DNA from: Candidatus Deferrimicrobium sp. | GTDB lineage: Bacteria > Desulfobacterota > Deferrimicrobia > Deferrimicrobiales > Deferrimicrobiaceae | DNA length: 64,000 nt | Reading direction: 5' to 3' | Assembly: GCF_036396855.1 (NCBI RefSeq) | Contig: NZ_DASWKA010000030.1 | Span: 12,103 to 76,102, forward strand | Shown here: positions 48,356 to 59,851 of the stretch, piece by piece | Numbering within the stretch: position 1 is the stretch's first letter | Layout: each line of letters begins with the position of its first letter | Position numbers and translations under genes: made by a program | The notes under the pieces: model-generated | The model's database searches: none | What the model saw: only the letters and a program-made list of their open reading frames with translations | What the model was told of the DNA's origin: nothing

Positions 48356-49882
48356 GCCGCCAGGGACCGGCGACACTCTTCCTGACCGGCGCGCTGTTCG
48401 TTCTTTCCTACGCCCTCGGGACCCCAGGGTACGATGTTCCCTGGCTGCCGTTCGTCTGCCTGGCCCCGTTCCTCGCGCTCGCGGTGTCGGCACGCTCGGC
48501 GCGGCACGCCGCCTTTCGCGGATGGATCGCGGGAACGGCCGCCAACGTCCCCCTCTATTACTGGATCGCCTACACCATCGCGGTGCAGGGGAAGCTCGGC
48601 TGGGCGCCAGGGATCCTCGCGGCATTTCTCGTCTCCGCCTACGTCGGCGCCTACTTTTCGGTAGCCGCCGCCGCCGCGCGCCACCTGGAGGGCCGGTTCG
48701 GCGAGCGCGGCCTCTGGCTCTTTCCCCTTGTCTGGACAGCCGTCGAGGTGGCCCGAAGCCACCTTTTCTCCGGCTTCCCCTGGATGCTCCTCGGGTACAC
48801 CCTCGCCGGGAGCGCCACGCTGCGCCAGGCGGCGGACCTGGCGGGGGTTCACGGGCTCTCGTTCCTTCTCGCCCTGTCCGGCGTCTCCGTCTATCTCGCG
48901 GGGAGGCGTCTGTGCGATCGGGCCCCCGTAAAGGCGGCGATCCCGCTGATCCCCGGGATCGCGGTGATCCTGTTCCTGGTTCTGTACGGTCGGTCCGGTT
49001 CGGCGAACCCGGCGGGTTTTGGGGCCCGGGTTCCCGAGGTGAAGGTGGCCATCGCCCAGGGCGGAATCGACCAATCCTTGAAGTGGGACCCGGGGAACCA
49101 GCTGGCCACGCTCGCGATCTACGGGGAGCTTACGCGCACGGCGAGGGACGAGGGCGCGCAGCTGGTCGTCTGGCCGGAGACCGCGGCTCCGTTCTTCTAC
49201 GGGTGGGAAGCGGGGCTCTCCCGGCGGCTCGAGGCCATCGCGGTGAGCGGGGGGATCCCGATCCTCTTCGGGGCGCCCTGGTACGACCCCGGGGGCGGCG
49301 GGAAATTCTACAACAGCGTCTTCCACATGGACGCACGCGGGATCGTACTCGGGCGGTACGACAAGCGGCACCTGGTGCCGTTCGGCGAATACGTTCCCCT
49401 CCGACCGGTCCTCTTTTTCCTGAACAAGCTGACCGCGGGCGCGGCAGATTTCTCGTCCGGCACCTCCCCGGCCCTGTTCCGCTTCAACGGCCAGCCGGTG
49501 GCCGCATCGATATGCTACGAGGCGCTGTTTCCGCCGCTGTTCCGGGAAGGGGTCCTCGAAGGGGGCACGTGGCTCGTGAACGTCACGAACGACGCCTGGT
49601 TCGGCGACACGGTCGCCCCACACCAGCACCTCGCCATGGCCCGGATGCGGTGCGTGGAGTTCCGGCGACCCATGGTGCGTGCCGCCAACACGGGGATCAG
49701 CGCGGTCATCGACGCGGACGGGGGGATCGCGACTTCCCTCGGCCTCTTCCGGCGGGGGGTTCTGGTCGCCGGAATCCGGCCGGGGACCGGAGAAACCGTC
49801 TACGCAAAAACCGGGGAAATCTTTGGGATTTCATGTAGTATACTTGCGTTTTTAGCGTTTATTTTTCCCTTGCGAGGTTCCC

Positions 49883-51004
<1,122 letters not shown>

Positions 51005-51008
<4 letters not shown>

Positions 51009-52492
51009 ACGAGTCGTGGAACGACCTGATGAAGGAGCGCATTCTCAAGATCAACGCGCTGAAGTCGGCGGGGCGGAATCCGTGGCCGAACGACCAGGCT
51101 CCGGGGTGGACCAACGCGGGTGCCCGCGCAGCCGCGGAAGGGCGTTCTTCGGAGGAGCTGGCCGCGCGGACGATCCGGGTGGACGTCGCGGGGCGGGTGA
51201 TGGGCCTTCGACGCTTCGGAAAGGCGGCGTTCCTCGTCCTGTCCGACCGGTCGGGCCGGCTGCAGGCGTACCTGAAAAAGGATCGCCTCGGGGAGGAGGA
51301 GTACGACCTCTTCCTGAAATCCGTCGACGCGGGTGACATCGTCTGGGTCGACGGGCCCCTGTTCCTCACACGCACGGGCGAGTTGACCGTCGATGCGGCG
51401 AAGTTCCGCCTGCTGACGAAGGCGATCCGCCCCCTTCCGGAGAAGTGGCACGGGCTCTCCGACATCGAGACCCGCTACCGGCAGCGGTACGTGGACCTGA
51501 TCGTCAACGAGGACGTCCGGGAGATCTTCCGGCGGCGGGCGCGGATCGTTTCCTTCCTCCGCTCCTTCCTGACGACCCGGGACTTCCTCGAGGTCGAGAC
51601 CCCGATGATGCAGACGGTGGCGGGGGGCGCGACGGCGCGTCCGTTCGTGACCCATCACAACGCCCTCGACATGGACCTGTACCTGCGGATCGCCCCGGAG
51701 CTCTACCTGAAGCGTCTCCTGGTCGGCGGGTTCGAGCGCGTCTTCGAGATCAACCGGAACTTCCGGAACGAGGGGATCGATACCCAGCACAACCCCGAGT
51801 TCACGATGATCGAGTTCTACCAGGCGTACGCCACCTACACGGAGATGATGGCGCTGACGGAGGAGATGCTCTCCTCCCTGGCGACGGAGCTGTTCGGCGC
51901 GCCGAAGTTCACCTACCAGGGGGAGACGGTCGACTTCACTCCGCCGTGGGAGCGCCTGACGGTGGCGCAGGCCGCGGCCCGCCACGGGGGGTTCCCCGAG
52001 GAGCGCCTGTCCGACGAGGCGTTCCTTCGGGAGACGGCGGCGAAGCTCGGGGTCAAGGACGCGGCGACGGCGTCCCCGGGGAATCTGCTGGTTGCGATCT
52101 TCGAGGAGGTGGCCGAGAAGAAAATCGCCGGACCGACCTTCGTCACGGAATACCCGATCGACGTCTCCCCGCTCTCGCGCCGCAACGACGAACGTCCGGA
52201 GATCGTCGACCGGTTCGAGCTGATCGTCCGCGGCCGGGAGATCGCAAACGCGTTCTCGGAGCTGAACGACCCGGTGGATCAGCGGGAGCGGTTCGACGAG
52301 CAGCTCCGCAGGCGCGAACGGGGGGACGAGGAGGCCCATTTCATGGACGAGGATTACCTCCGGGCGCTCGAACACGGGATGCCGCCCGCGGCCGGGGAGG
52401 GGATCGGAATCGACCGGCTCGTGATGCTCCTCACGGACTCCCCGTCGATCCGCGACGTGATCCTGTTCCCCCAGCTTCGGAAAGAAGGGTAG
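51005..52492 (+). CDS. lysS: Lysine--tRNA ligase (class II)
   Basis: GTG at 51005 overlaps the prfB stop. It has an OB-fold N-domain and class II motifs (FRNEG, GIGIDRL). Confidence 0.95.
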
Positions 52493-52498
52493 AGGCGG

Positions 52499-53734
52499 TT
52501 GCGCCTTCCCGTCGAGTTCTACATCGCCCGGAAGTACCTTCTGGCGAAACGGAAGCAGACGTTTATCTCGATCATCACCTTCATCTCGATCGGCGGGGTC
52601 ACCGTCGGGGTGATGGCGCTGATCATCGTCCTCGCGGTGATGAGCGGATTCGAGCGCGAGTTGAAGGACCGGATCCTCGGGGCCACCGCGCACGCCCACA
52701 TCACCAGCCTGAACGGGAGCATCGAGAACCCGTTTGCCGTGACGGAAAAGGTGCGGAAGGTCGACGGCGTGGTCGCGGCCTCCCCGTACATCTTCACCCC
52801 GATGATGATCGCCTCGGGGAGCGGCGCCGTCGGCGGAGTGCTGCGCGGCGTCGACACGTTGACGGTCGGCGACGTCACCCGGCTGCGGCGTGACCTCCGG
52901 GCCGGGCGGCTCGAGGATCTCCATCGGGCAACGAAGGACGGACTGCCGGGCGCCATCCTGGGAAAGGAGCTCGCCGGGAACCTCGGCGTCGGGCCGGGGG
53001 ACGTGATCGAGGTGCTGGTGCCCGGAGGAACGATCACCCCACTCGGCGCGTTCCCCAAGACGGCCCGGTTCGGCGTCGCAGGCATTTCCGAATCGGGGAT
53101 GTACGAGTACGACGCCACCTTCGCCTATGTCGACTTCGAGGAGGCCGGACGCCTGCTGGGGATGGAGGGGCGCGCCACGGGGGTGGAAGTCAAGGTGAGG
53201 GACGTCTACGACGCCGGGGAGGTCGCGCAGCGGATCCGGTCGACCCTCGGGTATCCGTTCTGGGCGAAGGACTGGATGCAGAGCAACCGGAACCTTTTCT
53301 CCGCCCTGAGGCTCGAAAAGGTGGTGATGTTCATCATCCTCGTCCTCATCGTGATGGTGGCGGCCTTCAACATCATCTCCACCCTGATCATGATCGTGAT
53401 GGAGAAGACGAAGGACATCGCGGTCCTGATGACGCTGGGGGCGACGCGCCGCTCGATCCGGAGGATCTTCGCCATCGAGGGGCTGATCATCGGGGTGGCC
53501 GGGACGGCGGCCGGGACCGCGCTCGGCGCGTTGCTGTGCTTCCTGCTCCAGCGGTACCGGTTCATCCGCCTTCCGAGCGACGTCTACTACATCTCGACCC
53601 TTCCCGTCGCCCTCGAACCGGGGACCGTCCTTCTCGTGGTGGCGAGCTCCATCCTGATCTGCTTCCTCGCCACCGTCTATCCCGCGCTCCAGGCATCCCG
53701 CGTCGATCCTGCGGAGGCGATCCGGTATGAGTGA
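52499..53734 (+). CDS. Lipoprotein-releasing ABC transporter permease (LolC/E family)
   Basis: 411 aa, beginning FYIARKYL..KRKQTFIS, with FtsX-like C-terminal helices. Confidence 0.9.
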   Translation: MRLPVEFYIARKYLLAKRKQTFISIITFISIGGVTVGVMALIIVLAVMSGFERELKDRILGATAHAHITSLNGSIENPFAVTEKVRKVDGVVAASPYIFTPMMIASGSGAVGGVLRGVDTLTVGDVTRLRRDLRAGRLEDLHRATKDGLPGAILGKELAGNLGVGPGDVIEVLVPGGTITPLGAFPKTARFGVAGISESGMYEYDATFAYVDFEEAGRLLGMEGRATGVEVKVRDVYDAGEVAQRIRSTLGYPFWAKDWMQSNRNLFSALRLEKVVMFIILVLIVMVAAFNIISTLIMIVMEKTKDIAVLMTLGATRRSIRRIFAIEGLIIGVAGTAAGTALGALLCFLLQRYRFIRLPSDVYYISTLPVALEPGTVLLVVASSILICFLATVYPALQASRVDPAEAIRYE

Positions 53735-54407
53735 TGCGCCCGCCCTGCAGGCCGAGGAGGTGCGGAAGGTGTTCCGCCGCGACGGGTACGATATCGAGGT
53801 GCTCAAGGGCGTCTCCCTCTCCCTCGCGATGGGCGAGACGGCGGGGGTGGTCGGCATTTCCGGCGCCGGAAAGACGACGCTGCTCCAGATCCTCGGGACG
53901 CTCGACCGAGCGACCTCCGGGAAGGTGCTGTACGGAGGGAAGGACGTGACGCAACTCTCCGCGGACGAGATGGCCGCCTTCCGGAACCGCTCGGTCGGAT
54001 TCGTCTTCCAGTCCCACAACCTGCTGCCGGAATTCAGCGTCCTCGAAAACGTGACGCTGCCGTGCCTGATCGCGCGGATGGATCCTGCGGAGGCGCGCCG
54101 ACGGGCCGTCGCGCTGCTCGGGGAGGTCGGGCTCTCGGAACGTCTCGCGCACCGCACCGGGGAGATCTCCGGCGGCGAGCAGCAGCGCACGGCGATCTGC
54201 CGGGCCCTCGTGATGGAGCCGTCGGTGCTTCTGGCCGACGAGCCGACCGGGAATCTCGATCGGGCGACGGCCTCCGGCGTGGTCGACCTTCTCCTGTCGC
54301 TCAACCGGTCGAGGGGACTGTCCCTGCTCATGGTGACGCACAACGACCAGGTCGCGTCCCGTCTTCACCGCGTGATCCGGATCGACGACGGGAGGATCGC
54401 CTCGTGA
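53727..54407 (+). CDS. lolD: Lipoprotein-releasing ABC transporter ATP-binding protein
   Basis: 226 aa with a Walker A (GISGAGKTT), the signature ISGGEQQR and a Walker B (LLADEPTGNLD). Confidence 0.9.
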   Translation: MSDAPALQAEEVRKVFRRDGYDIEVLKGVSLSLAMGETAGVVGISGAGKTTLLQILGTLDRATSGKVLYGGKDVTQLSADEMAAFRNRSVGFVFQSHNLLPEFSVLENVTLPCLIARMDPAEARRRAVALLGEVGLSERLAHRTGEISGGEQQRTAICRALVMEPSVLLADEPTGNLDRATASGVVDLLLSLNRSRGLSLLMVTHNDQVASRLHRVIRIDDGRIAS

Positions 54408-56680
54408 GGGGGATATTCTCTCTCCACCGGGTCTTCCTGTGCGCGGTTCTTCTTTTGATCGGCGCCGGGAGCATGGAAGCCGCCGGATTCCGGGTGGAGG
54501 CGATCGAGGTGCGGGGGGCGGACCGCGTCGGTCCGGACGCGGTCCGGAAGGCGATGAGCACGAAGGTCGGGGAGGAGCTGGACCTGGAAAAGGTCCGCCA
54601 GGACGTAAAGGCGATCTACAAGACGGGGTATTTCCGTGACGTAACCTTCGACACGGAGGAGGTCTCCGGAGGATATCGCCTTACCGTGATCGTCGCCGAG
54701 AAGCCGATCGTCGGAGCGGTGCTGATCGAGGGGAACAAGGACGTGGAGACCGCCGACCTTCGCGCCGCCCTGACCGTCAAGGAGCGGTCTCTTTACCAGG
54801 AGGAGAAGGTAAAGGAATCGGCGAATAAATTAAAGGAAGTTTGCCAGAATAAAGGGTTTATCGACGCATCCGTTGAGTCGTCCGTCACGGAGGACTCCAA
54901 GGGGGCCTTGCGGGTGACCTTCCGGGTCGCCGAGGGCCCGAAGCTGAAGATCGAACGGATCGTCGTCATCGGAAACCGGTACCACCCGACGAAAGCGATC
55001 CTCAAGGTGATGGACACTTCGACGAAGGGATTCTTCTCGTTCATCACCGACTCCGGAACCTTCAAGAAGGACGGCCTCGAAAACGACGTACGGAAGATCG
55101 AGGCGCTCTACCAGAACAGCGGGTTCCTGGACTCCAAGATCTCCGAGCCGAACGTCGACCGGGGGAAGAAAGGGTTGATCCTCACGATCCGGATCTTCGA
55201 GGGGCGGCAATACCGCGTCGGGGAGATCCGCTTCTCCGGGGAATCCGGCATCCCCGAGGACACGCTTCGAAAGACGGTAAAGCTCACCCGCGGCGAGGTC
55301 TTCGATCGGGAGACGCTCCTGTCCGACCTGCTCGCCCTCACCACCCTCGTGAACGACGAAGGGTACGCGCAGGCCCTCGTTTCCCCCGGGGTGGAAAAAC
55401 GCAAGGAGTACCCGGTCGCGGACGTGACCTACCGGTTCGAGCGGGGCACGAAGTTCCGCTTCGGAAGAGTGGAGGTCTCAGGAAACACGAAGACGCTGGA
55501 CCGCGTCATCCGCCATAGTCTCGACGTCGCCGACGGGCGGACCTACACGGCCACGGGACTGAAAACGAGCAAGGAGAACCTGACCCGCACATCGTACTTC
55601 AAGGACGTGAAGATCAGCACCGCCCCTTCGACGGTGCCGGGAGAGATGGACGCGAAGATCGAGGTGCAGGAAGGGCCGACCGGGACCTTGTCGGGCGGGC
55701 TCGGGTACAGTTCGATCGACAAGATCTTCGGCGTGGTCCAGTTGACCGAGAACAACCTCTTCGGCAGGGGCTGGAAGGCGTCCCTCAACTCCCAGTTCGG
55801 GGCGCGACGGACCACGTACAGCATCGACTTTCGCGATCCGTATTTCCTGGACACCGACTTCAGCCTGCTTCTCGGCGCCTACAAGACGAAGGTGCAGTAC
55901 ACCGATTTCGAGAAGGATGCGCGAGGGGGAAGAGCGGGCATCGGATACAATTTTTCGAGGTTTATCCACGGGTCCGTCTCCCTCCGGATGGACGAGACCA
56001 GGATCCTTGCGGTTTCCGGCACGCTCCCCTCTTCGAACATTCGGCAGGAGATCGACAAGGGCCTCCAGAAAACCCGGAGCATCGGCTTCAACGTGACGCG
56101 GAACACGACGGACCGGTTCATCGACCCCTCCCGGGGAGGCGTCCAATCCGCTAGTCTGGAATACGCGGGGGGGCCATTGGGCGGCGACAGTCAGTTCGTC
56201 AAATATTTCCTGAACGCGAAGTGGTTCTACCCGGTGACCACTTCCACCGTGTTTTCGTGGAACGTCCTATGGGGACACGTGGTTCCGACGATCGGGGGCG
56301 AGGAGATACCGCTGTTCGAGCGGTTTTTCCTCGGGGGGCCATACAGCGTCCGGGGTTTCCGGTCCCGGTCCATCTCGCCCACGGACCCCAACACGGGGGA
56401 ATTGATCGGGGGAAACAAGGAGGTGGTCGCAAACCTGGAGTACCTGTTTCCACTCGTCGGCGAGATCGGGTTCAAGGGGGTGCTCTTTTTCGATGCCGGG
56501 AACTCCTGGGCGCAAGGTTCCTGGCCCTTCATGGACCAGGGGTTGTGGGCGGCCTACGGGGTTGGCATCCGCTGGTACTCTCCGATGGGGCCGCTGCGAT
56601 TCGAATGGGGACGGAATCTCGACCGCCCGGAGGGGCAACCGAAGAGCGTGTTGGAATTCACGATCGGGACGGCGTTCTGA
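54404..56680 (+). CDS. bamA: Outer membrane protein assembly factor BamA
   Basis: GTG at 54404 overlaps the lolD stop. It has a signal peptide, POTRA repeats and a C-terminal barrel ending ...VLEFTIGTAF. Confidence 0.9.
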   Translation: MRGIFSLHRVFLCAVLLLIGAGSMEAAGFRVEAIEVRGADRVGPDAVRKAMSTKVGEELDLEKVRQDVKAIYKTGYFRDVTFDTEEVSGGYRLTVIVAEKPIVGAVLIEGNKDVETADLRAALTVKERSLYQEEKVKESANKLKEVCQNKGFIDASVESSVTEDSKGALRVTFRVAEGPKLKIERIVVIGNRYHPTKAILKVMDTSTKGFFSFITDSGTFKKDGLENDVRKIEALYQNSGFLDSKISEPNVDRGKKGLILTIRIFEGRQYRVGEIRFSGESGIPEDTLRKTVKLTRGEVFDRETLLSDLLALTTLVNDEGYAQALVSPGVEKRKEYPVADVTYRFERGTKFRFGRVEVSGNTKTLDRVIRHSLDVADGRTYTATGLKTSKENLTRTSYFKDVKISTAPSTVPGEMDAKIEVQEGPTGTLSGGLGYSSIDKIFGVVQLTENNLFGRGWKASLNSQFGARRTTYSIDFRDPYFLDTDFSLLLGAYKTKVQYTDFEKDARGGRAGIGYNFSRFIHGSVSLRMDETRILAVSGTLPSSNIRQEIDKGLQKTRSIGFNVTRNTTDRFIDPSRGGVQSASLEYAGGPLGGDSQFVKYFLNAKWFYPVTTSTVFSWNVLWGHVVPTIGGEEIPLFERFFLGGPYSVRGFRSRSISPTDPNTGELIGGNKEVVANLEYLFPLVGEIGFKGVLFFDAGNSWAQGSWPFMDQGLWAAYGVGIRWYSPMGPLRFEWGRNLDRPEGQPKSVLEFTIGTAF

Positions 56681-56712
56681 TCGAACTACGGGAAGGGAAA
56701 AGGAGACAAGAG

Positions 56713-57267
56713 ATGCGGAAAGCGGGAATCATCCTGGTAGCGGCTGTGGTCACGGCGATCTTCGCGGGGACCTCCCTCGCGGAAGGGTTGCGGGTGGCCG
56801 TCATCGACATGAACAAGATCCTCAACGACTCCGAGGCGGGCCAGTCGGCGAAGAAGAAGATGGAATCCCGGTACGAGGAGCTGAAAAAAGCGATCGACAG
56901 GACGCAGGAAGAGGCGCGCAAGATCAAGGACGAGATCGACAAGCAGAAGGTGATGCTGGGGAAGGAGAAGCTCAAGGAGAAGGAGGACGCCCTCCAGGCG
57001 AAGATCAACGAACTGCGGCAGATGACCCAGAAGGGGGAGCAGGAGATGCAGGCCCAGCAAGCCGAATTCACCCGCGATGTGTTCAAGGCGGTCGAGAAGC
57101 AGGTCGAGGTCGTCGTGAAGGCCGACAAGCTCGATATCGTCCTCGAGAAGACGGCGGGGGTCATCCATTTCAACCCGTCGATGGACATCTCGCTGCGGGT
57201 CCTTGACCTGGTGAACAAGGCCGGCAAGGAGGCGCCGGAGAAAAAGAGTAGCGGAAGTGGGAAGTGA
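56713..57267 (+). CDS. skp: Periplasmic chaperone Skp (OmpH family)
   Basis: ATG at 56713. It has a signal peptide and a Lys/Glu-rich coiled coil, in the bamA-skp-lpxD context. Confidence 0.85.
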   Translation: MRKAGIILVAAVVTAIFAGTSLAEGLRVAVIDMNKILNDSEAGQSAKKKMESRYEELKKAIDRTQEEARKIKDEIDKQKVMLGKEKLKEKEDALQAKINELRQMTQKGEQEMQAQQAEFTRDVFKAVEKQVEVVVKADKLDIVLEKTAGVIHFNPSMDISLRVLDLVNKAGKEAPEKKSSGSGK

Positions 57268-57429
57268 GGGTCTGTCACGGAATAAAGTGTGCAGATATGG
57301 GCGTTGAGTCGCCCGGCCGGCAAGGCACGAGGAGGGAGAATACCGTGAGTATTCGACAGACGAGCAACGCAGCCCGCCGGGATGAATCGGCGGCCAGATC
57401 GCACAGGTTATTCCGTGACAGGCCCTAAG
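57264..57429 (+). ncRNA. 166-nt structured repeat element, copy 1 (candidate cis-regulatory RNA or hairpin MITE)
   Basis: A 19-bp closing stem joins 57267-57285 with 57408-57426 (one U.G on the + strand). Internal hairpins are GGGCG-N6-CGCCC, GAATAC-CGTGA-GTATTC and CCGCCG-N8-CGGCGG. It is 156/166 identical to 59685-59850. Confidence 0.7.
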
Positions 57430-58449
57430 CTCCTTCTCTCGGTTCTGGCGGAGGCGATCGGGGCCCGTCTCCAGGGGACGGACGCCGAGGTGAGCGGGAT
57501 CGCAGGGGTGGACGAGGCCGGGCCGGGACAGGTCACCTTCCTGTCGAACCCGAAGTACACCCGACAGGCCCGGGAGACGAAGGCGTCCGCGATCATCGCC
57601 AAACAGCCGATCTCCGGCGCCGGGTGCGCGTTCCTGCTCACGCCGGATCCGTACCTCGCCTTCGCCCTTGCCGTCGAGCGGTTCCACCCGACGGTGCGGC
57701 TCGCCGCCGGCGTTTCCGCGCAGGCCAGCGTCCATCCGACCGCCGTGCTGGGGAAGGAGGTGCACGTCGGCCCTTTCGCCGTCGTCGCCGAGGGAGCGGT
57801 CGTCGGCGACCGGGTCACGCTGTACCCCGGGACGTACGTCGGGAAGGGAGCGGTCGTCGGCGACGACTCCGTTCTTCACCCGCGGGTCACTCTCTATGAA
57901 GGGGTGCGTGTCGGGAAGCGGGCGCTCCTGCACGCCGGCTGCGTGATCGGCAGCGACGGCTTCGGGTTCGCGCCGACTCCGCAGGGGTACCGGAAGATAC
58001 CGCAGGTGGGGACCGTCGAGATCGGGGACGACGTCGAGATCGGGGCGAACACCACGATCGACCGCGCAGCGCTCGGGGTCACCCGCGTCGGTCCCGGGAC
58101 CAAGCTGGACAACCTGATCCAGGTGGCGCACAACGTGGAGATCGGCCGGGACACGGTGATCGCCGCCCAGGTGGGGATATCGGGGAGCGCCCGGATCGGG
58201 GACCGCGTGATGATCGGCGGTCAGTCGGGGCTGGCGGGGCACATCGAGGTGGGTGACGGGGTGATGCTCGGCGCGAAGACCGGGGTGGCCGCATCGCTCT
58301 CGGCGAAGGAGAGCAGGGCCTGGTCGGGAGTGCCGGCGATGCCCCACAGGACCTGGCTGAAAATGGCGACGCTCCTGCCGAGGCTGCCGGAGCTTTTCCG
58401 GCGGGTCGCCCGGCTGGAGGGCGGGAAACCTGCGGAAGGAGAGGAGTGA
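57415..58449 (+). CDS. lpxD: UDP-3-O-acylglucosamine N-acyltransferase
   Basis: ORF 57382..58449. GTG at 57415 gives VTGPKLLLSVLAEAIGARL.G, which fits LpxD N-termini. The ATG at 57382 belongs to the repeat element. Hexapeptide repeats run throughout. Confidence 0.9.
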   Translation: MTGPKLLLSVLAEAIGARLQGTDAEVSGIAGVDEAGPGQVTFLSNPKYTRQARETKASAIIAKQPISGAGCAFLLTPDPYLAFALAVERFHPTVRLAAGVSAQASVHPTAVLGKEVHVGPFAVVAEGAVVGDRVTLYPGTYVGKGAVVGDDSVLHPRVTLYEGVRVGKRALLHAGCVIGSDGFGFAPTPQGYRKIPQVGTVEIGDDVEIGANTTIDRAALGVTRVGPGTKLDNLIQVAHNVEIGRDTVIAAQVGISGSARIGDRVMIGGQSGLAGHIEVGDGVMLGAKTGVAASLSAKESRAWSGVPAMPHRTWLKMATLLPRLPELFRRVARLEGGKPAEGEE

Positions 58450-58450
58450 C

Positions 58451-58909
58451 ATGTTCCGAATCCGGGAAATCATGGAGCTGTTGCCGCACCGGTACCCGTT
58501 CCTGCTCGTGGACCGGATCCTGGAGTGGGAACCCGGGAAGCGGATCGTCGGCATCAAAAACGTGACGATCAACGAGCCGTTCTTCCAGGGGCACTTCCCG
58601 GGACACCCGATCATGCCGGGTGTCCTGATCGTGGAGGCCCTCGCGCAGACGGGGGGGATCCTCGCGCTCAAGGAGATGGGAGGCGGGAAACGGATCGCGT
58701 ACTTCACGGGGATCGACAATTGCAAATTCCGCCGGCCGGTCGTCCCTGGAGACCAGCTTCGCCTGGAGATCACCGTGATCGCACACAAGGGGCCGGTGTG
58801 GAAGATGCACGGCGAGGCCCGGGTCGACGGTGCGCTCGCGGCGAGGGGGGACGTGACGGCGACGATCCCGGACGGCGTCGATCCGGGCGGGGAAGGGGAA
58901 GAGACATGA
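58451..58909 (+). CDS. fabZ: 3-hydroxyacyl-ACP dehydratase FabZ
   Basis: 152 aa with motifs LPHRYPFLLVDR and FFQGHFPG.PIMPGVL. Confidence 0.95.
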   Translation: MFRIREIMELLPHRYPFLLVDRILEWEPGKRIVGIKNVTINEPFFQGHFPGHPIMPGVLIVEALAQTGGILALKEMGGGKRIAYFTGIDNCKFRRPVVPGDQLRLEITVIAHKGPVWKMHGEARVDGALAARGDVTATIPDGVDPGGEGEET

Positions 58910-59688
58910 TTCATCCGACCGCCATCATCGATCCGGGGGCGGAGCTCGGGAAAGACGTCTCGGTCGGGTCGTTCGCCGTAATCGGGCCGAAGGTGACGAT
59001 CGGCGACGGGACCACCGTCGGATCGCACGCGGTCATCGAGTCCCACGTCCGCATGGGAAAGGGGAACCGCATCCATTCGTTCGCCTCCGTCGGGGCGATC
59101 CCGCAGGATCTGAAGTTCCGCGGCGAGGAGTCGTGGGTGGAAATGGGGGACGGGAACATCATCCGCGAATTCGCCACCTTGAACCGTGGCACCTCCGGGG
59201 GCGGAGGCGTGACGCGGATCGGGAACAACACGCTGGTGATGGCGTACAGCCATGTCGCCCACGACTGCGTCATCGGGAGCCGCGTCATCATGGCGAACGC
59301 GGCCACTCTCGCCGGCCACGTTACGATCGAGGACGGCGCGATCATCGGCGGGATGACCGGGGTGCACCAGTTCGTCCGGATCGGGGAGCACTGCATCATC
59401 GGAGGGATGTCGGCCGTTTCGCAGGACGTTCCGCCGTACGTCACGGCGGTCGTTTCCCGACCGCAGCGCGGATACGCGCTTTACGGTCTGAACCTCGTAG
59501 GGCTCCGGCGGAACCGCTTCTCCCCGGAGACCGTTGCTGCGCTGAAGCAGGCGTTCAAGATCATCTTCCGCGCGGAGGTTCCCATCAAGGAGGCGCTTGC
59601 GCGGGCCGAGGCGGAGCTCCCGGCGCTGCCCGAGGTCAGGCACCTGATCGCGTTCGTCCGCGAGAGTAAACGCGGCGTTCTGAGGTGA
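58906..59688 (+). CDS. lpxA: UDP-N-acetylglucosamine O-acyltransferase
   Basis: ATG at 58906 (ATGA overlap). It begins MIHPTAIIDP and has hexapeptide repeats. Confidence 0.95.
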   Translation: MIHPTAIIDPGAELGKDVSVGSFAVIGPKVTIGDGTTVGSHAVIESHVRMGKGNRIHSFASVGAIPQDLKFRGEESWVEMGDGNIIREFATLNRGTSGGGGVTRIGNNTLVMAYSHVAHDCVIGSRVIMANAATLAGHVTIEDGAIIGGMTGVHQFVRIGEHCIIGGMSAVSQDVPPYVTAVVSRPQRGYALYGLNLVGLRRNRFSPETVAALKQAFKIIFRAEVPIKEALARAEAELPALPEVRHLIAFVRESKRGVLR

Positions 59689-59850
59689 GGGTCGGTCCAG
59701 GAATAATGTGTGCAGATATGGGCGTTGAGTCGCCCGGCCGGCAAGGCACGAGGAGAGAGAATACCGTGAGTATTCGACCGACGAGCAACGCAGCCCGCCG
59801 GGATGAATCGGCGGCCAGATCGCACAGATTATTCCTGGACCGGCCCTAAG
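59685..59850 (+). ncRNA. 166-nt structured repeat element, copy 2
   Basis: A 19-bp closing stem joins 59688-59706 with 59829-59847. It has the same internal hairpins as copy 1 and ends 1 nt before the lpxB ATG. Confidence 0.7.
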
Positions 59851-59851
59851 G

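Noticed and set aside
57382-57414. ATG 57382 as the lpxD start, as implied by the ORF track.
   Set aside because: This ATG belongs to the repeated 166-nt element. The identical ATG in copy 2 (59803) opens a frame that is out of phase with lpxB and yields nonsense. LpxD homology starts at about KLLLSVLAEAIG, so GTG 57415 is preferred. This remains uncertain.
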